From an uncultured Verrucomicrobiae bacterium (GTDB lineage Bacteria; Verrucomicrobiota; Verrucomicrobiia; Limisphaerales; UBA11358), in assembly GCA_963827815.1 (NCBI GenBank), contig CAWHCL010000010.1, positions 128,482-192,481 on the forward strand: a stretch of 64,000 nt of DNA, in the 5' to 3' direction. Of the stretch, positions 22,234 to 32,401 are shown one piece after another; position 1 is the stretch's first letter, and every line of letters begins with the position of its first letter. The notes under the pieces were generated by a model. It had not been told where the DNA came from. It saw nothing but the letters and a program-made list of their open reading frames with translations, and did not search any database. A program made the translations under genes and the position numbers.

Positions 22234-23144
22234 TTATGGGCTGGCTCAAACGAAATCTATTTTTTGTGATTGGCCTCGTCGTGGCGCTGGGGTTGCTCGG
22301 CGCCGCCGGCTATTACGATTACGCAGGCTGGTCCCACAATCAGGACGCGTTTGCCAGGTTGAATGAGGTCTACAGCCAGTGGTCCACAGCAGCCAGCTCA
22401 AAGCCCTCCCCCGGCTCCGGCCCGGTGGATAACATCGCCGCCGCCAGGGACCAGGAAGGCCGGCTCCGCCAGTGGATCAATCAGGCCACAAAATATTTCC
22501 AGCCGGTTGCGCCCATTCCCAGGCCGGCCAATGGCCCCGTGTCGGGCGAGTTGTTTGCCGGTGCGCTGCACCAGACCATAGCCCAGTTGCAGCATGAAGC
22601 CGACGCCGCGAATGTCGTGCTGCCCCCGCTATACGATTTTTCATTCACGGCGCACATGGACCGGCTCACGTTCGCCCCCGGCAGCCTTGACCCGTTGTCG
22701 GTCCAACTCGGCGAGGTGAAGACTATTTCGGAAATTCTTTTTGGGACGGGCATCAATGCGCTCGACGGCATCCAGCGCGTCCCCGTTTCGCCCGATGATG
22801 CGAGCGGGCCGCAGACGGATTATCTGACCGATCAACCCGTGACAAACGATTTGGCGGTGCTGGTGCCTTATGAAGTGACGTTCCGTGGGTTCAGCCCGGA
22901 AATCGCACGGGTGCTCGGGGCGTTTGCTTCCTCCCCAAACGGGTTCATCGTCAAGACCATCAGCGTTCAGCCGGCCGGCGCGGCGACTGATATCCAGCCG
23001 GCTGGCGCAACCGCCACCGACCCCAACGCGCCCCAGCCGGCCGCGCCCATGCCGGGCAAGGGCGGGTTGCAAACGGTGCTGAATGAACAATTGTTGCGCG
23101 TCACCCTGACGGTTGAACTGGTGAAATTGACGCCGAAAAACTGA
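22230..23144 (+). CDS. Amuc_1100-like pilus-associated protein
   Basis: N-terminal TM helix, a central domain ...YEVTFRGFSPEIARVLGAF...FIVKTISV, a Pro/Ala-rich linker, and a terminal ...LLRVTLTVELVKL. This architecture, and the position between the pilM-like and secretin genes, match my recollection of Akkermansia Amuc_1100. It has not been aligned. GTG at 22230 or ATG at 22236 could be the start. Confidence 0.55.
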   Translation: MIMGWLKRNLFFVIGLVVALGLLGAAGYYDYAGWSHNQDAFARLNEVYSQWSTAASSKPSPGSGPVDNIAAARDQEGRLRQWINQATKYFQPVAPIPRPANGPVSGELFAGALHQTIAQLQHEADAANVVLPPLYDFSFTAHMDRLTFAPGSLDPLSVQLGEVKTISEILFGTGINALDGIQRVPVSPDDASGPQTDYLTDQPVTNDLAVLVPYEVTFRGFSPEIARVLGAFASSPNGFIVKTISVQPAGAATDIQPAGATATDPNAPQPAAPMPGKGGLQTVLNEQLLRVTLTVELVKLTPKN

Positions 23145-23148
23145 ACGC

Positions 23149-23969
23149 ATGGAATTCATCAAAAAAAATTACGAGAAGATTATTTTGAGCCTCGTGTTGC
23201 TCGGATTGGTGGGCGTGCTGGCGTTCATGCCCGTGATGATTATTTCCGACCAGCAGCGGATGAGGGATTTGCGGGATACGGTCAGGCATCCAAAAGCCGT
23301 GCCGTTGGCGGATTTGGATTTGTCCCGGCAGACGAATGTGATGGATCGGCTGCAATCGCCGGAGGACTTGGATTTTTCGACCACGAACAAACTGTTCAAT
23401 CCGGTGCAATGGGTGAAGAACAAGGACGGCACCCTGATGAAAATCACGACCGGTCACGAAATCGGACCGGGTGCCGCAGTCATCGCCAGAATCACACCGC
23501 TCTATTTTACCATCGCGCTGGATTCGGTGATTACCAACGAACCGGGTGCGCGTTACGTTTTCAGTATAGAGGATCAGACGGCGCCGATCCCGGCACAGCG
23601 TCATAAGCGGCCCCATTACGCCTCGAAGGGCGAAACGGTGTCGGACAAGATGGTGGGTGGAAAAAATGAGGGATTCACCCTCAAGGACGTGAAAGGCGCG
23701 CCGGAAAATCCGGATCAGTTGGTCCTGTTGCTGGCCGGAACGCAGACGCCCCGTGACCTTGTCGAAGGACAATCCGTTCCGGCGCGTGGATGCCTATTCG
23801 GCGGATTTGAAATATGATCCGGAAAAAGTCAGCGTCACCGGGTTGCGGGTGGGAGATCATTTAAGTTTCGCCGGTGACGATTACAATGTTATTGCCATCG
23901 ATCAAAACCGAAGTGATATTGTTGGCGCAGTCGAACCAAAAAAAATACACTTTGCCTTACACACCTTGA
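23149..23969 (+). pseudogene. small N-terminally anchored protein of the pilus-like cluster (positional equivalent of Amuc_1099), two frameshifts as assembled
   Basis: TM helix IILSLVLLGLVGVLAFM. The frame changes at the C4 run 23749-23752 and at ~23909 (aaaacc). The three pieces read ...LLLAGTQTP|VTLSKDNPFRRVDAYSADLKYDPEKV...IAIDQN|EVILLAQSNQKKYTLPYTP*. Confidence 0.6.
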
Positions 23970-24023
23970 GTGCTAGAATTGTCGCATTACACGCCGCCGA
24001 TTTACGACGAACCTGAAACGACC

Positions 24024-26821
24024 ATGACAAAAGCTGTTTTTCTCCCGCTCGGTTTTCTTTTACTGCTCGCCACCGCGTTGCCGGCGCAAACCAACAGCCC
24101 CACCGACATGGCCGTCAACCGGGCGGTGATGGATCAGGCCAACACCATTCTCCTGCGCCAAAAACTCGAAGACGCCAAAAATGCCGCCGCGCGCGGCGAC
24201 CTGCTCGGTGCCGCCAAGCTTTACGAGGATGCCAAGGCGCTCGTTGACCAGATTGGTTCCGGCATCGACGCCGAGACCGCCCAGACTATTTCCGGCCTTG
24301 TGGCCACCCGGCTGGAACTCGCGCGCCAGGCCCAGCACAACGGCGATCTTCTCGAAGCCGATGCGCAAGTCACCCGCGCTTTGAGGGTGGACCCGCACAA
24401 TGCCGCCGCCATCGCTTTCAAAAAGGAAAACGACCAGACAATGGCGGCCATGAAAGGCCACATGCCCGACGTGGCCACATTGGAGCGGATTCCGCAGGTG
24501 ACCAATGACAAGACGGAGGCCGGCACACTGGTGCAGGACGGTAAACTGCTCTATGAAATGGGCAAATTTGAGGAGGCCGAGGTCAAATTGAATCAGGCCT
24601 TGAAATTGGATCCGGACAACGAAGGCGCATTTTACTATTTGAACCTGGTCAAGCAGGCCAACTACGCCCGCGAGGAAAACAACCGCACCACCCAGGCGCA
24701 AAACAGCATGGTGCAGGTGGCCAAGTCATGGTCGCCGAAGGTTGGTATTGGGCTGCCCGTGCCCAATCCTTACGTCACCAACGACGACATCCACACCGGG
24801 GTCGGGCGCGAAGTCATATACCGCAAGCTGAATAATATCCAGTTGGATTCGATTTCCTGGCCGGACGGCCTGCCGTTGAGCGAAGTCATCCGTTACCTGA
24901 CGGAACAGTCCAGATTGCGCGACCCGGAGAAGAAAGGCATCAACTTTATATTCAATCCGAATGTGGAATCCAGTTCGGCAGCCGCTGCTGGCGGGCTGGG
25001 CGCCGGGGCTCCGGGTCCGCTCAACGCCACCACCGGGTTGCCTGAAGCGCCGGGGGCCAGCGCCACCCCCGAAACTGTGGACGCCAGCACCATCAACGTC
25101 AGGCTGACGCTGAATAACATTTCACTTCACGATGCGCTCGACGCGATCGTGCTGGTTGCCGATCATCCCATTAAATATTCCGTTGAAGATTATGCGGTGG
25201 TCATTTCAGCCAAGCCGTCTGGGCCGGAACCGCCGGTGCTTGAGATGCGCGTGTTCAAGGTGGATCCAAACACCTTTTACGAAGGCCTGCAAAATGTGTC
25301 CACATTGAATTTTGGCAGTGCTAACAGTTCCTCAAGCGGCAACGGCGGCAGCAGCGGCGGCAGCAGCGGCGGCAGCAGCGGCGGCAACAGTGGCGGCAAC
25401 AGTGGCGGCAACAGCGGCAACAGCGGCAACGGCAGCAGCGTCAGTGGCGCTACAGTGCCGGTGATATTGGTAACGGGAAGTAGCGGTGGCGGTGGCAACG
25501 GGGGTGGCGGCCGCACAGGTGGCGGTGGTGGCGGTGGCGGTGGCGGTGGCGGTGCCGGTGGCACTGCCGGTGGCACTGCCGGCGGTACAGTTGGTGCCAA
25601 CTCCGGCGTCGGCGGGTTGAGTTACATCAATCCGTCTCCCAATCAGATGCAAAATGTCACCGCGGTGGCGCAGGCTTTCTTTACCGCCATCGGGGTGAAT
25701 TTGTCAGCGACCGCGCCTGGCAGGAGTATCGCTTTCAACGACCGTTTGGGATTGCTGTTCGTGAAGGCTACGCCGGGCGAACTGGACACCATCGAACGTG
25801 CCGTTCAGGCGTTGAACCAGGTGGCGCCTCAAGTGCATATCAGGACCCGGTTCATCGAGGTGGGACAGGATGACAGCACCGCGCTGGGCTTCGACTGGTA
25901 TCTGGGCAATTTCATCAATGGAAATGTCATTGCCAACGGCGGCAGTGCGCCTTCGCTCACCGTGCCGGTCTCGACGGCCAACCCGCTTGGCAGCCTTCCC
26001 CGGCAATACCACGGCGAGCGTCATCGCGCCCTCTGCCAACGATCAACTGCTCACAAGCGGATTGCGCAATACCGGTCCAACTCTCGCCACCATCACCGGC
26101 ATTTTGACAGATCCGAATTTTCGCGTGGCCATTAGGCGCTTTGTCACAGCGCACCGGGGTGGAAACCCTCGCCGAACCGGAAGCCGTCACCACCAGCGGT
26201 CGCCAGACCCAGATGCGCGCGACCGACCTCGAGTTTATCCTCACCGGTTTCAGCTTCCAGACGGGCACGCCAGGCACGGTGGGAACGGCAACAACGGCTG
26301 CCACCGCCGCCGGCACCTCCGCCGTCACGCCGAACACGCAGCAGTTTGAGATCGGCCCCACGCTGGACGTGGTGCCTTACGTTTTGTCCGATGGTTACAC
26401 CATCAATCTCACGTTGATTCCCCAGGTGTTGCAGTTCCTGCAATACGACACGGTGCCGACGGTTCCCGGATACACGCCCAATACCGCCGTGTCCGCCGGT
26501 GGCACCGCCACGTTGCCGACGGTTCTGCCTCACTTCACCGTGCGCGAAATCGTCACCGAGGTGAACATCTGGGACAACCAGACCGTCGTCCTGGGCGGAT
26601 TGATTTCCTCGGCCATCAACACCACCAAGGACAAGGTGCCGTTCCTCGGCGATTTGCCGCTCGTCGGTCGGCTCTTTCAAAGCCAGTCCAAGACGAGCGC
26701 GAAGAATAACCTGATGATTTTTGTGACGGCCACGATTGTGGATCCGGCGGGCAACCGCGTGCATTCGGACGACGAGCTGCCGTTCAACCCGGTCGACCAT
26801 TCCGGCGCAGCCGGTGGTTGA
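24024..26821 (+). pseudogene. pilQ: secretin (PilQ/GspD family) with TPR-like N-terminal region and Gly/Ser-rich insert, two frameshifts as assembled
   Basis: Signal peptide MTKAVFLPLGFLLLLATALPA. Secretin core: VHIRTRFIEV..., GILTDPNFRVAIR, LSQRTGVETLAEPEAVTTSGRQ, VPFLGDLPLVGRLF. The frame changes at the C4 run 25998-26001 and the T3 run 26140-26142. Confidence 0.8.
25335..25600 (+). repeat. Gly/Ser/Asn-coding simple-sequence tract inside the secretin gene
   Basis: Tandem ggcagcagcggc, ggcggcaacagt, ggtggcggt and ggtggcactgcc units. They encode SSSGNGGSSGGSSGGSSGGNSGGNSGGNSGNSGNG...GGGGGGGGGGGAGGTAGGTAGG. Confidence 0.85.
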
Positions 26822-26937
26822 AGGCCAGGCGTTTCAGCCCAACCCGGCTGCCACTGGCGCCGCCGCGCCGCCGCCGCAATAGTGTGAAAGTTGAGCGTTT
26901 GAAGGTTGCAAGGCGTTTGAACTCTCAACCCTCAACC

Positions 26938-27834
26938 ATGAAGCCTCAACCGATTTTGCTGATCGTTGACGGGCACGCCTACGCCTATCGCGCGTTTTAC
27001 GCGATTCGCGGGTTGCGGTCGCCGTCGGGCGCGCCGACGAATGCCATTTACGGCTTCGTCAAGATGCTGGCGAAAATGCGCGCGGCCATCGGGCCGACGC
27101 ATTTGATGGTGGTGTGGGACGGCGGCTTGAGCGCCGAGCGCACCGCGGTGCTGCCGGAATACAAGGCGCATCGGCCTGAAATGCCGGACGACTTGAAGCC
27201 GCAGTTGGATGAGATTGTGGGCTATTTGAACGCGGCGGGCGTCGCGTCGTTCTGCCGCGACGGGGTCGAGGCGGATGACTACATCGCGTGCCTGGCGCGG
27301 CGCGCGGCGGACGCGGGCATGGCGGTGGTCATCGCCAGCGCCGACAAGGATTTTATGCAGTTGGTGTCGGCGCGGGTCGGATTGCTGAACCCGGCCGACA
27401 AGAGCGAGACGGTCTGGACGGACGAGCAGGTGCGCGCCAAAACCGGCGTGGAGCCGTCGCAGATCGTGGACTGGTTGAGTTTGATGGGCGACAGCGTGGA
27501 CAACATTCCGGGCGTGCCCGGAATCGGGCCGAAGACGGCCGCCGATTTGTTGAACCAGTTCGGGTCGGTCGCGGAATTGTTCCGGCGGCTGGACGAGGTG
27601 AAGTCGGAAAAAGTGCGCGGCGCGTTGCGCGGGGCGGCGGACGCGGTGCGGCGCAACCGGGAACTGGTGCGGTTGCGGGACGATTTGCCGTGCGATTTTT
27701 CGCCGGCGGAACTGGCGGTAAAACCGGCGGATGCCGGGCGGCTGCGCGAATTGTTCGCGCGCTGGGGATTCAAGGGAATGCTGGCCGCGCTGGAAGCGGA
27801 ATCGCCGCGCGAGCGGCAGACGGCGTTGATTTGA
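26938..27834 (+). CDS. stand-alone 5'-3' exonuclease (PolI N-terminal / FEN-like domain)
   Basis: ORF trimmed to the ATG at 26938. Contains LLIVDGHAYAYRAFYA, YKAHR, EADD, DKDF.QL, and the H3TH motif GD..DNIPGVPGIGPKTA. There is no polymerase domain. Confidence 0.85.
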   Translation: MKPQPILLIVDGHAYAYRAFYAIRGLRSPSGAPTNAIYGFVKMLAKMRAAIGPTHLMVVWDGGLSAERTAVLPEYKAHRPEMPDDLKPQLDEIVGYLNAAGVASFCRDGVEADDYIACLARRAADAGMAVVIASADKDFMQLVSARVGLLNPADKSETVWTDEQVRAKTGVEPSQIVDWLSLMGDSVDNIPGVPGIGPKTAADLLNQFGSVAELFRRLDEVKSEKVRGALRGAADAVRRNRELVRLRDDLPCDFSPAELAVKPADAGRLRELFARWGFKGMLAALEAESPRERQTALI

Positions 27835-27980
27835 AAAAATGAATTTGCGAAGTTCGATGGAAGATGAAGCGGCAATTTGCCGCGAAGCGCGGCTGCGCGG
27901 GCAGCCGCGCCGGACGCGTTTTGTCGAAAGAATTTTTGGACAAAATGCCCTGATGCGTTTAGCGTTCTGCGGTGTTGCCC

Positions 27981-29983
27981 ATGTCGTTGTCGTTTGCCCG
28001 CAAGGCCGCCATTTGCTTTTGCTGGGGGTTGTTCCTCGCGGTTCCCGCCGCCGTTTTTGCCCAGACCAATTATTACACCACCAACGGGACGGAATACGCC
28101 GTCGTCGGCCAGTTGCCGGGCGATCAAGTCTGGCCCGACGTGGCGGTGAACACCAACGGCGGGTTTGTCGTGTGGCAGGACAACGCCACCGACGGCAGCG
28201 GCTGGGGCGTCAGCGCGCAGCGGCTGGACGGCACCCTGTCCGGCACGTTGAGCACCTTCCGCGTGAATGTGACGGGCACAAACGACCAGGAAAACGCGCG
28301 CGTGGCGCTGTTGAAAAACGGCGGCGCGGTTTTCGTCTGGCAGGGCGGTGTGGAGGGGCTGAATCAGCACATCTACGCGAGATTCCTGAATTCGAGCAAT
28401 ATTTTTATTGACCATCCACGGACGTGATGGTCAACACGTTCACCAATAATTTCCAGATCAACCCCGCCGTGGCCGTGCTGAACAACAGCAACGTCGTGGT
28501 CGTCTGGGGCAGTTATGACGAGGCGGGATCCAACAGCTTGCAGGATGTGTATGGCCAGACTTTTTCGACGGCGGGACAGAAGATCGGCGGCGAGTTTTTG
28601 GTGAACCAGTTCACGAATTACAACCAGCGCACGCCGGCCATCGCGCCGCTCGCCAACGGCGGGTTCGTTGTCGCCTGGGTTTCGGAGCAGGAACAGGCGG
28701 TGGCGCCAGTTTTGGGGACCAATTCAACCTATATTATAAGCAGCACCGCCACGGTCCCGAGCGTGGATGTTTACGCCAGGCTTTATAATAGCAACAGTCT
28801 TCCCCAGGGCGGCGAATTACTCGTGGACACAAACAGCTTGAATCCCTGCGCGAATCCTAGCGTGGCGGTTGCGGCGGACGGCAGTTTCATGGTGGCATGG
28901 GGGGGCTTCGACATGGTCAACCAGACCAACGGTTGGGACATCTATGCGCGGACTTTTTCCAGCGCGGGTATTGGCGGGGCGACTCTCCGTGTCAATACCC
29001 ATTTGCCGGGCAATCAATACGAGCCGCGCATCAGTTCCATTGGCGGGGATTATCTGGTGGCCTGGACGAGCATGGGACAGGACGGTTCGCGCGAGGGCGT
29101 TTATGGACAGTTCGTACACGAGAACGGTTCGCCGGTGGGCGGTGAATTTCTTGTGAACACAACCACCGCCGGCCAGCAGATGCAGCAGGCTGTGGCCTCG
29201 GATGGTGTGAGCCAGTTTCTTGCCGTCTGGACCAGCTACGCCGGCAGTCCCTACGGCTTTGATTTGTTTGCGCAGCGTTATATCAACGTCGCCGCCATTC
29301 TGCTGCCGATGAATGCGCCGATTGTCGTCGCGCCGTTCACCTTGAGCAACAATGTATATCAGCCGCAGTTGCAGGTCTCGTGGCCCGTGTTGCTGGGAAT
29401 TTCCGTCTCCAATTTTGAGGTTTACGTGGATGGATCGGGAACGCCCACTGGCGTCGTCACCAGCAATTCTTGGACGATGACCGCCGCGAATGGCTTGACC
29501 ACCAATAGCACGCATTCATTCACGGTGGATTACGTGAGGACGGACGGGCGGCGCTCGCCGCTGTCGCCTTCAGCCAGCGGTTCGACTTGGAGCGGGCTGA
29601 ATTGGGGCGGCATTCCGTATGAATGGATGGCCGCATTTTTCGGCGGATACTACGGCGGGGCTTATCACACAAATGGCTGGCCGGCTCCAAACCTGCCCCC
29701 GCCGGGCAGTTCGTCCGGTTCGCCCACCACTCTGCAGTTGTTTTTGAGCGGCGGCATCCCGTATGAGCCGGCCACATGGCTGCAACAGGTGCTCACCCGG
29801 ACGCCGCAAGGGATGTTCTTGAACTGGAACACGCAGCCGGGGCTGACCTACCAGGTGCAGGTGACTACGAATTTGACCTCGTGGAGCAATCTGGGTTCGC
29901 CGCGGTTTGCGGCGGGCACGAACGATTCGATTAATGTCGGCGGCACTCCGGCGGGTTACTACCGCGTGCTGTTGCAGCGTTGA
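27981..29983 (+). pseudogene. secreted beta-propeller protein (about seven G-G-F-V-V-x-W blades) + Fn3-like domain + [FY][FY]RV C-terminal module; one frameshift as assembled (locus gene A)
   Basis: Signal peptide MSLSFARKAAICFCWGLFLAVPAAVFA. Repeating ~55-60-aa units (NGGFVVWQD..., NGGFVVAWVSE..., DGSFMVAWGG..., GDYLVAWTS...GEFLVNTTT). Junction at ~28412 (NIFID|PSTDVMVNTF), consistent with one missing C. Ends ...GYYRVLLQR. Confidence 0.65.
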
Positions 29984-29987
29984 TGAA

Positions 29988-32357
29988 ATGAGTATGCAGC
30001 AAGTGATGAAACAATTTGTCGCGTTGGGTTTGATGGCGCTCGGCCTTCAAACTGCCGGGGCGTTTTCGCTCGGCGGGCCGATTGGCAACGCCGGTGACTC
30101 TTGGCAGCAGGCGGTGATCGGGTATGCCTTGGGTGGCGACCTCAATGCGCCGAAGAACATCGGCGAGGAATATCGCCGCAACCTGCCCGTGATGTATTAC
30201 GCTTGTAATGCGAATTTTCTGGATTTCTTCGGTTCAAACGGTGTTTCGGCGGTGGACAGCTCCTTTGCCATTTTGAACGGACTGACGAACGTGGACAGCT
30301 ACAGCCCCAGCCTTTCTGAGTTTCCCTTGGAAACGCGGCACTTGAATTATCAGGCGGAGGCCCTCGGGTTGTTCGATTTGAAATCGTGGACGCTGGGGGC
30401 GATGGTGGAGCAGTTGGGGCTGGCCGACCCGGTGCGCTACGACTGGACCCTGCATGATCGCGCTCATGTCGGCAATATTGCCTGTCCCGTGGGCATGGAA
30501 TATCTCGTGGTGCAAAGAAATTTTGATTCCATCACCAGCCCGTTGAATCAGCTTCAATACTCGCCTTACGTCAACAACACCCTCTACAGCTACTACATTG
30601 TGGAGTTTTGCACGGGGCCGAATCCCCTGGCTTTGTCCGTCCCTTTTTCCGTGGATCCTTTGGCGGACACCTATTCACCGGTCGCTTCGTTTCAGTCCGT
30701 TGGCTTGACGTATGGTCAATTTTACACCGGCCTGACGCGGGATGACGTGGCCGGGTTGCGTTATGATTTGACCGCCAACAACATCAACTTTGAAAGCCCG
30801 CCCGCAGGGGGGTTGTTGCTGACCACCAATCTCGGCACAGTTCAGGTCATCACCAGTTCCAGCCTCACCGCATTGATGTTGTCCGCCCAAACCAATGCTC
30901 CGACCCTGATTCCAGCCTTGTTCCCGGGCGTGTTGGTGGCGGGTTCTTCGAGTTATTTTGCCGAAGTTTGCACGACCAATTACGTCGCATCCATCCCAAG
31001 CCAGAATTATGGCGCGCCGTATCCTGCTAATTTTGGCGCGTTGGTTCTCTCGCCCGTGGTCAATTGCGGTTACCAGCAACTGTATGTGACCACTTTTGCC
31101 AATGTCATCACCAATGGCAATCTGACCAACAACCCGAACATCACTCTCGCCAGCACCAACATCGTTTTGAGTTTTTCTACCAACAGCATTGTCACCACGT
31201 TGACGACTTCGCTCACCCCGAACACAGCGCCGGGCCAGCCCTATCCGCCGCCCCCGGTAACGAATGCCAATTTCACCTATTCGACGACAACCGTCAATGT
31301 GCCGTCCGGGGAATATCTCATCCTTCCGACCGGCGCGTGCGGGTTCAACATCCTTGGCGAACTGCCTTTGCCTCCGGTTTTTACCACTAACTTTGTTTCC
31401 ACGGCCACCAACGCGAACGGTTTTGTGGACACGGTCAGCACCGTCACTTCGTTCACGCCCCACCAGTTTCTTGTCCAGCCAATCAATTGCGGGACTGCCA
31501 CGCCGGCCCCGGGTTTGCGTGAGGGCATTGAGCGGATGCAATTTGTTCGGGCCAATTATGATTCGCTCCTCGGCCAGTTCTTCCAGCCCATCACCAATGC
31601 CTTCACGATCGGTCCTGGTCACCAACAGCCAGGCGGTGAATCAGGCGTTCCAGCGCGTGGTGACCACTCCTGATTTCATCTTTTCCGCCGCGGATTTGGC
31701 TACGGGTCCCTCCAGCACTCCTCATCCCGTGGTTGCTTTAGTTTTTCGCGCAACCTCAATTTTGACCAGTCCCAAATTTTGCCGGGACTGGCCGGGCCGG
31801 GGCTTATCACCCCGTCCACTACCATCACATTCGACAAGGTCGGTCCGGTGTATTACAACGAATACAACACCGATATCATGGATGGAACGCCCTATTTCAC
31901 CGAAACCCCCGGCAATGACGGAAACGATTTGTACTATTCATTTTACTTTGTCTGGGCGTCCTACGATGGCACGACCAATGACCCGGTGGTTTATCCCAAC
32001 GGCAGTAGCATTCAGAATCTGGAGAACCAGGTTTTGGTCCAGATTGCCCCGGCTGGTCTGCCGAATGGGACGAACGGGTCGCCCTATTTATTCGTCTACA
32101 CGAACTCCGTCGGCATCGTTTACACAAATACCATCACGGCCACGGGTGGTGCGTTTACCTATTCCCCGCCGCCCACTTGGACGGCAACGGGACTGCCGTC
32201 GGTCCCCTCATCGGGATTGCCTCCGGGACTGACATTGTCGCCCGCCGGGGTGCTTTCCGGCACCCCCACGCAATCCGGCACATTTGATTTCTACCTCGTT
32301 ATGACCGATGCTTTGGCCCGAAGCGTGCAATGGTATTTCTCGATCACCATCCCATGA
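29988..32357 (+). pseudogene. secreted protein of unknown family (locus gene B); frame excursion 31610-31745 as assembled
   Basis: Signal peptide MSMQQVMKQFVALGLMALGLQTAGA, then FSLGGPIGNAGDSWQQAVIGY...NIGEEYRRNLPVMYYACNANFLDFFGSNGVSAVDS. The frame goes 0 -> 1 at ~31610 and back at ~31745. The C-terminus has an Ig-like PPGLTLSPAGVLSGTPTQSGTFDF segment. Confidence 0.55.
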
Positions 32358-32401
32358 GCGCTATGACACATAACTTTTACACAACTCTTCCGGGCCGGCT
32401 G

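Noticed and set aside
25277-25652. Pro-rich and Ala-rich minus-strand ORFs (107 and 106 aa)
   Set aside because: They are the reverse-complement reading of the Gly/Ser simple-sequence tract inside the secretin gene.
27279-28415. 378-aa minus-strand ORF spanning the exonuclease gene and locus gene A
   Set aside because: It has an Arg/Ala/Ser-rich low-complexity translation and overlaps two plus-strand genes with strong domain evidence.
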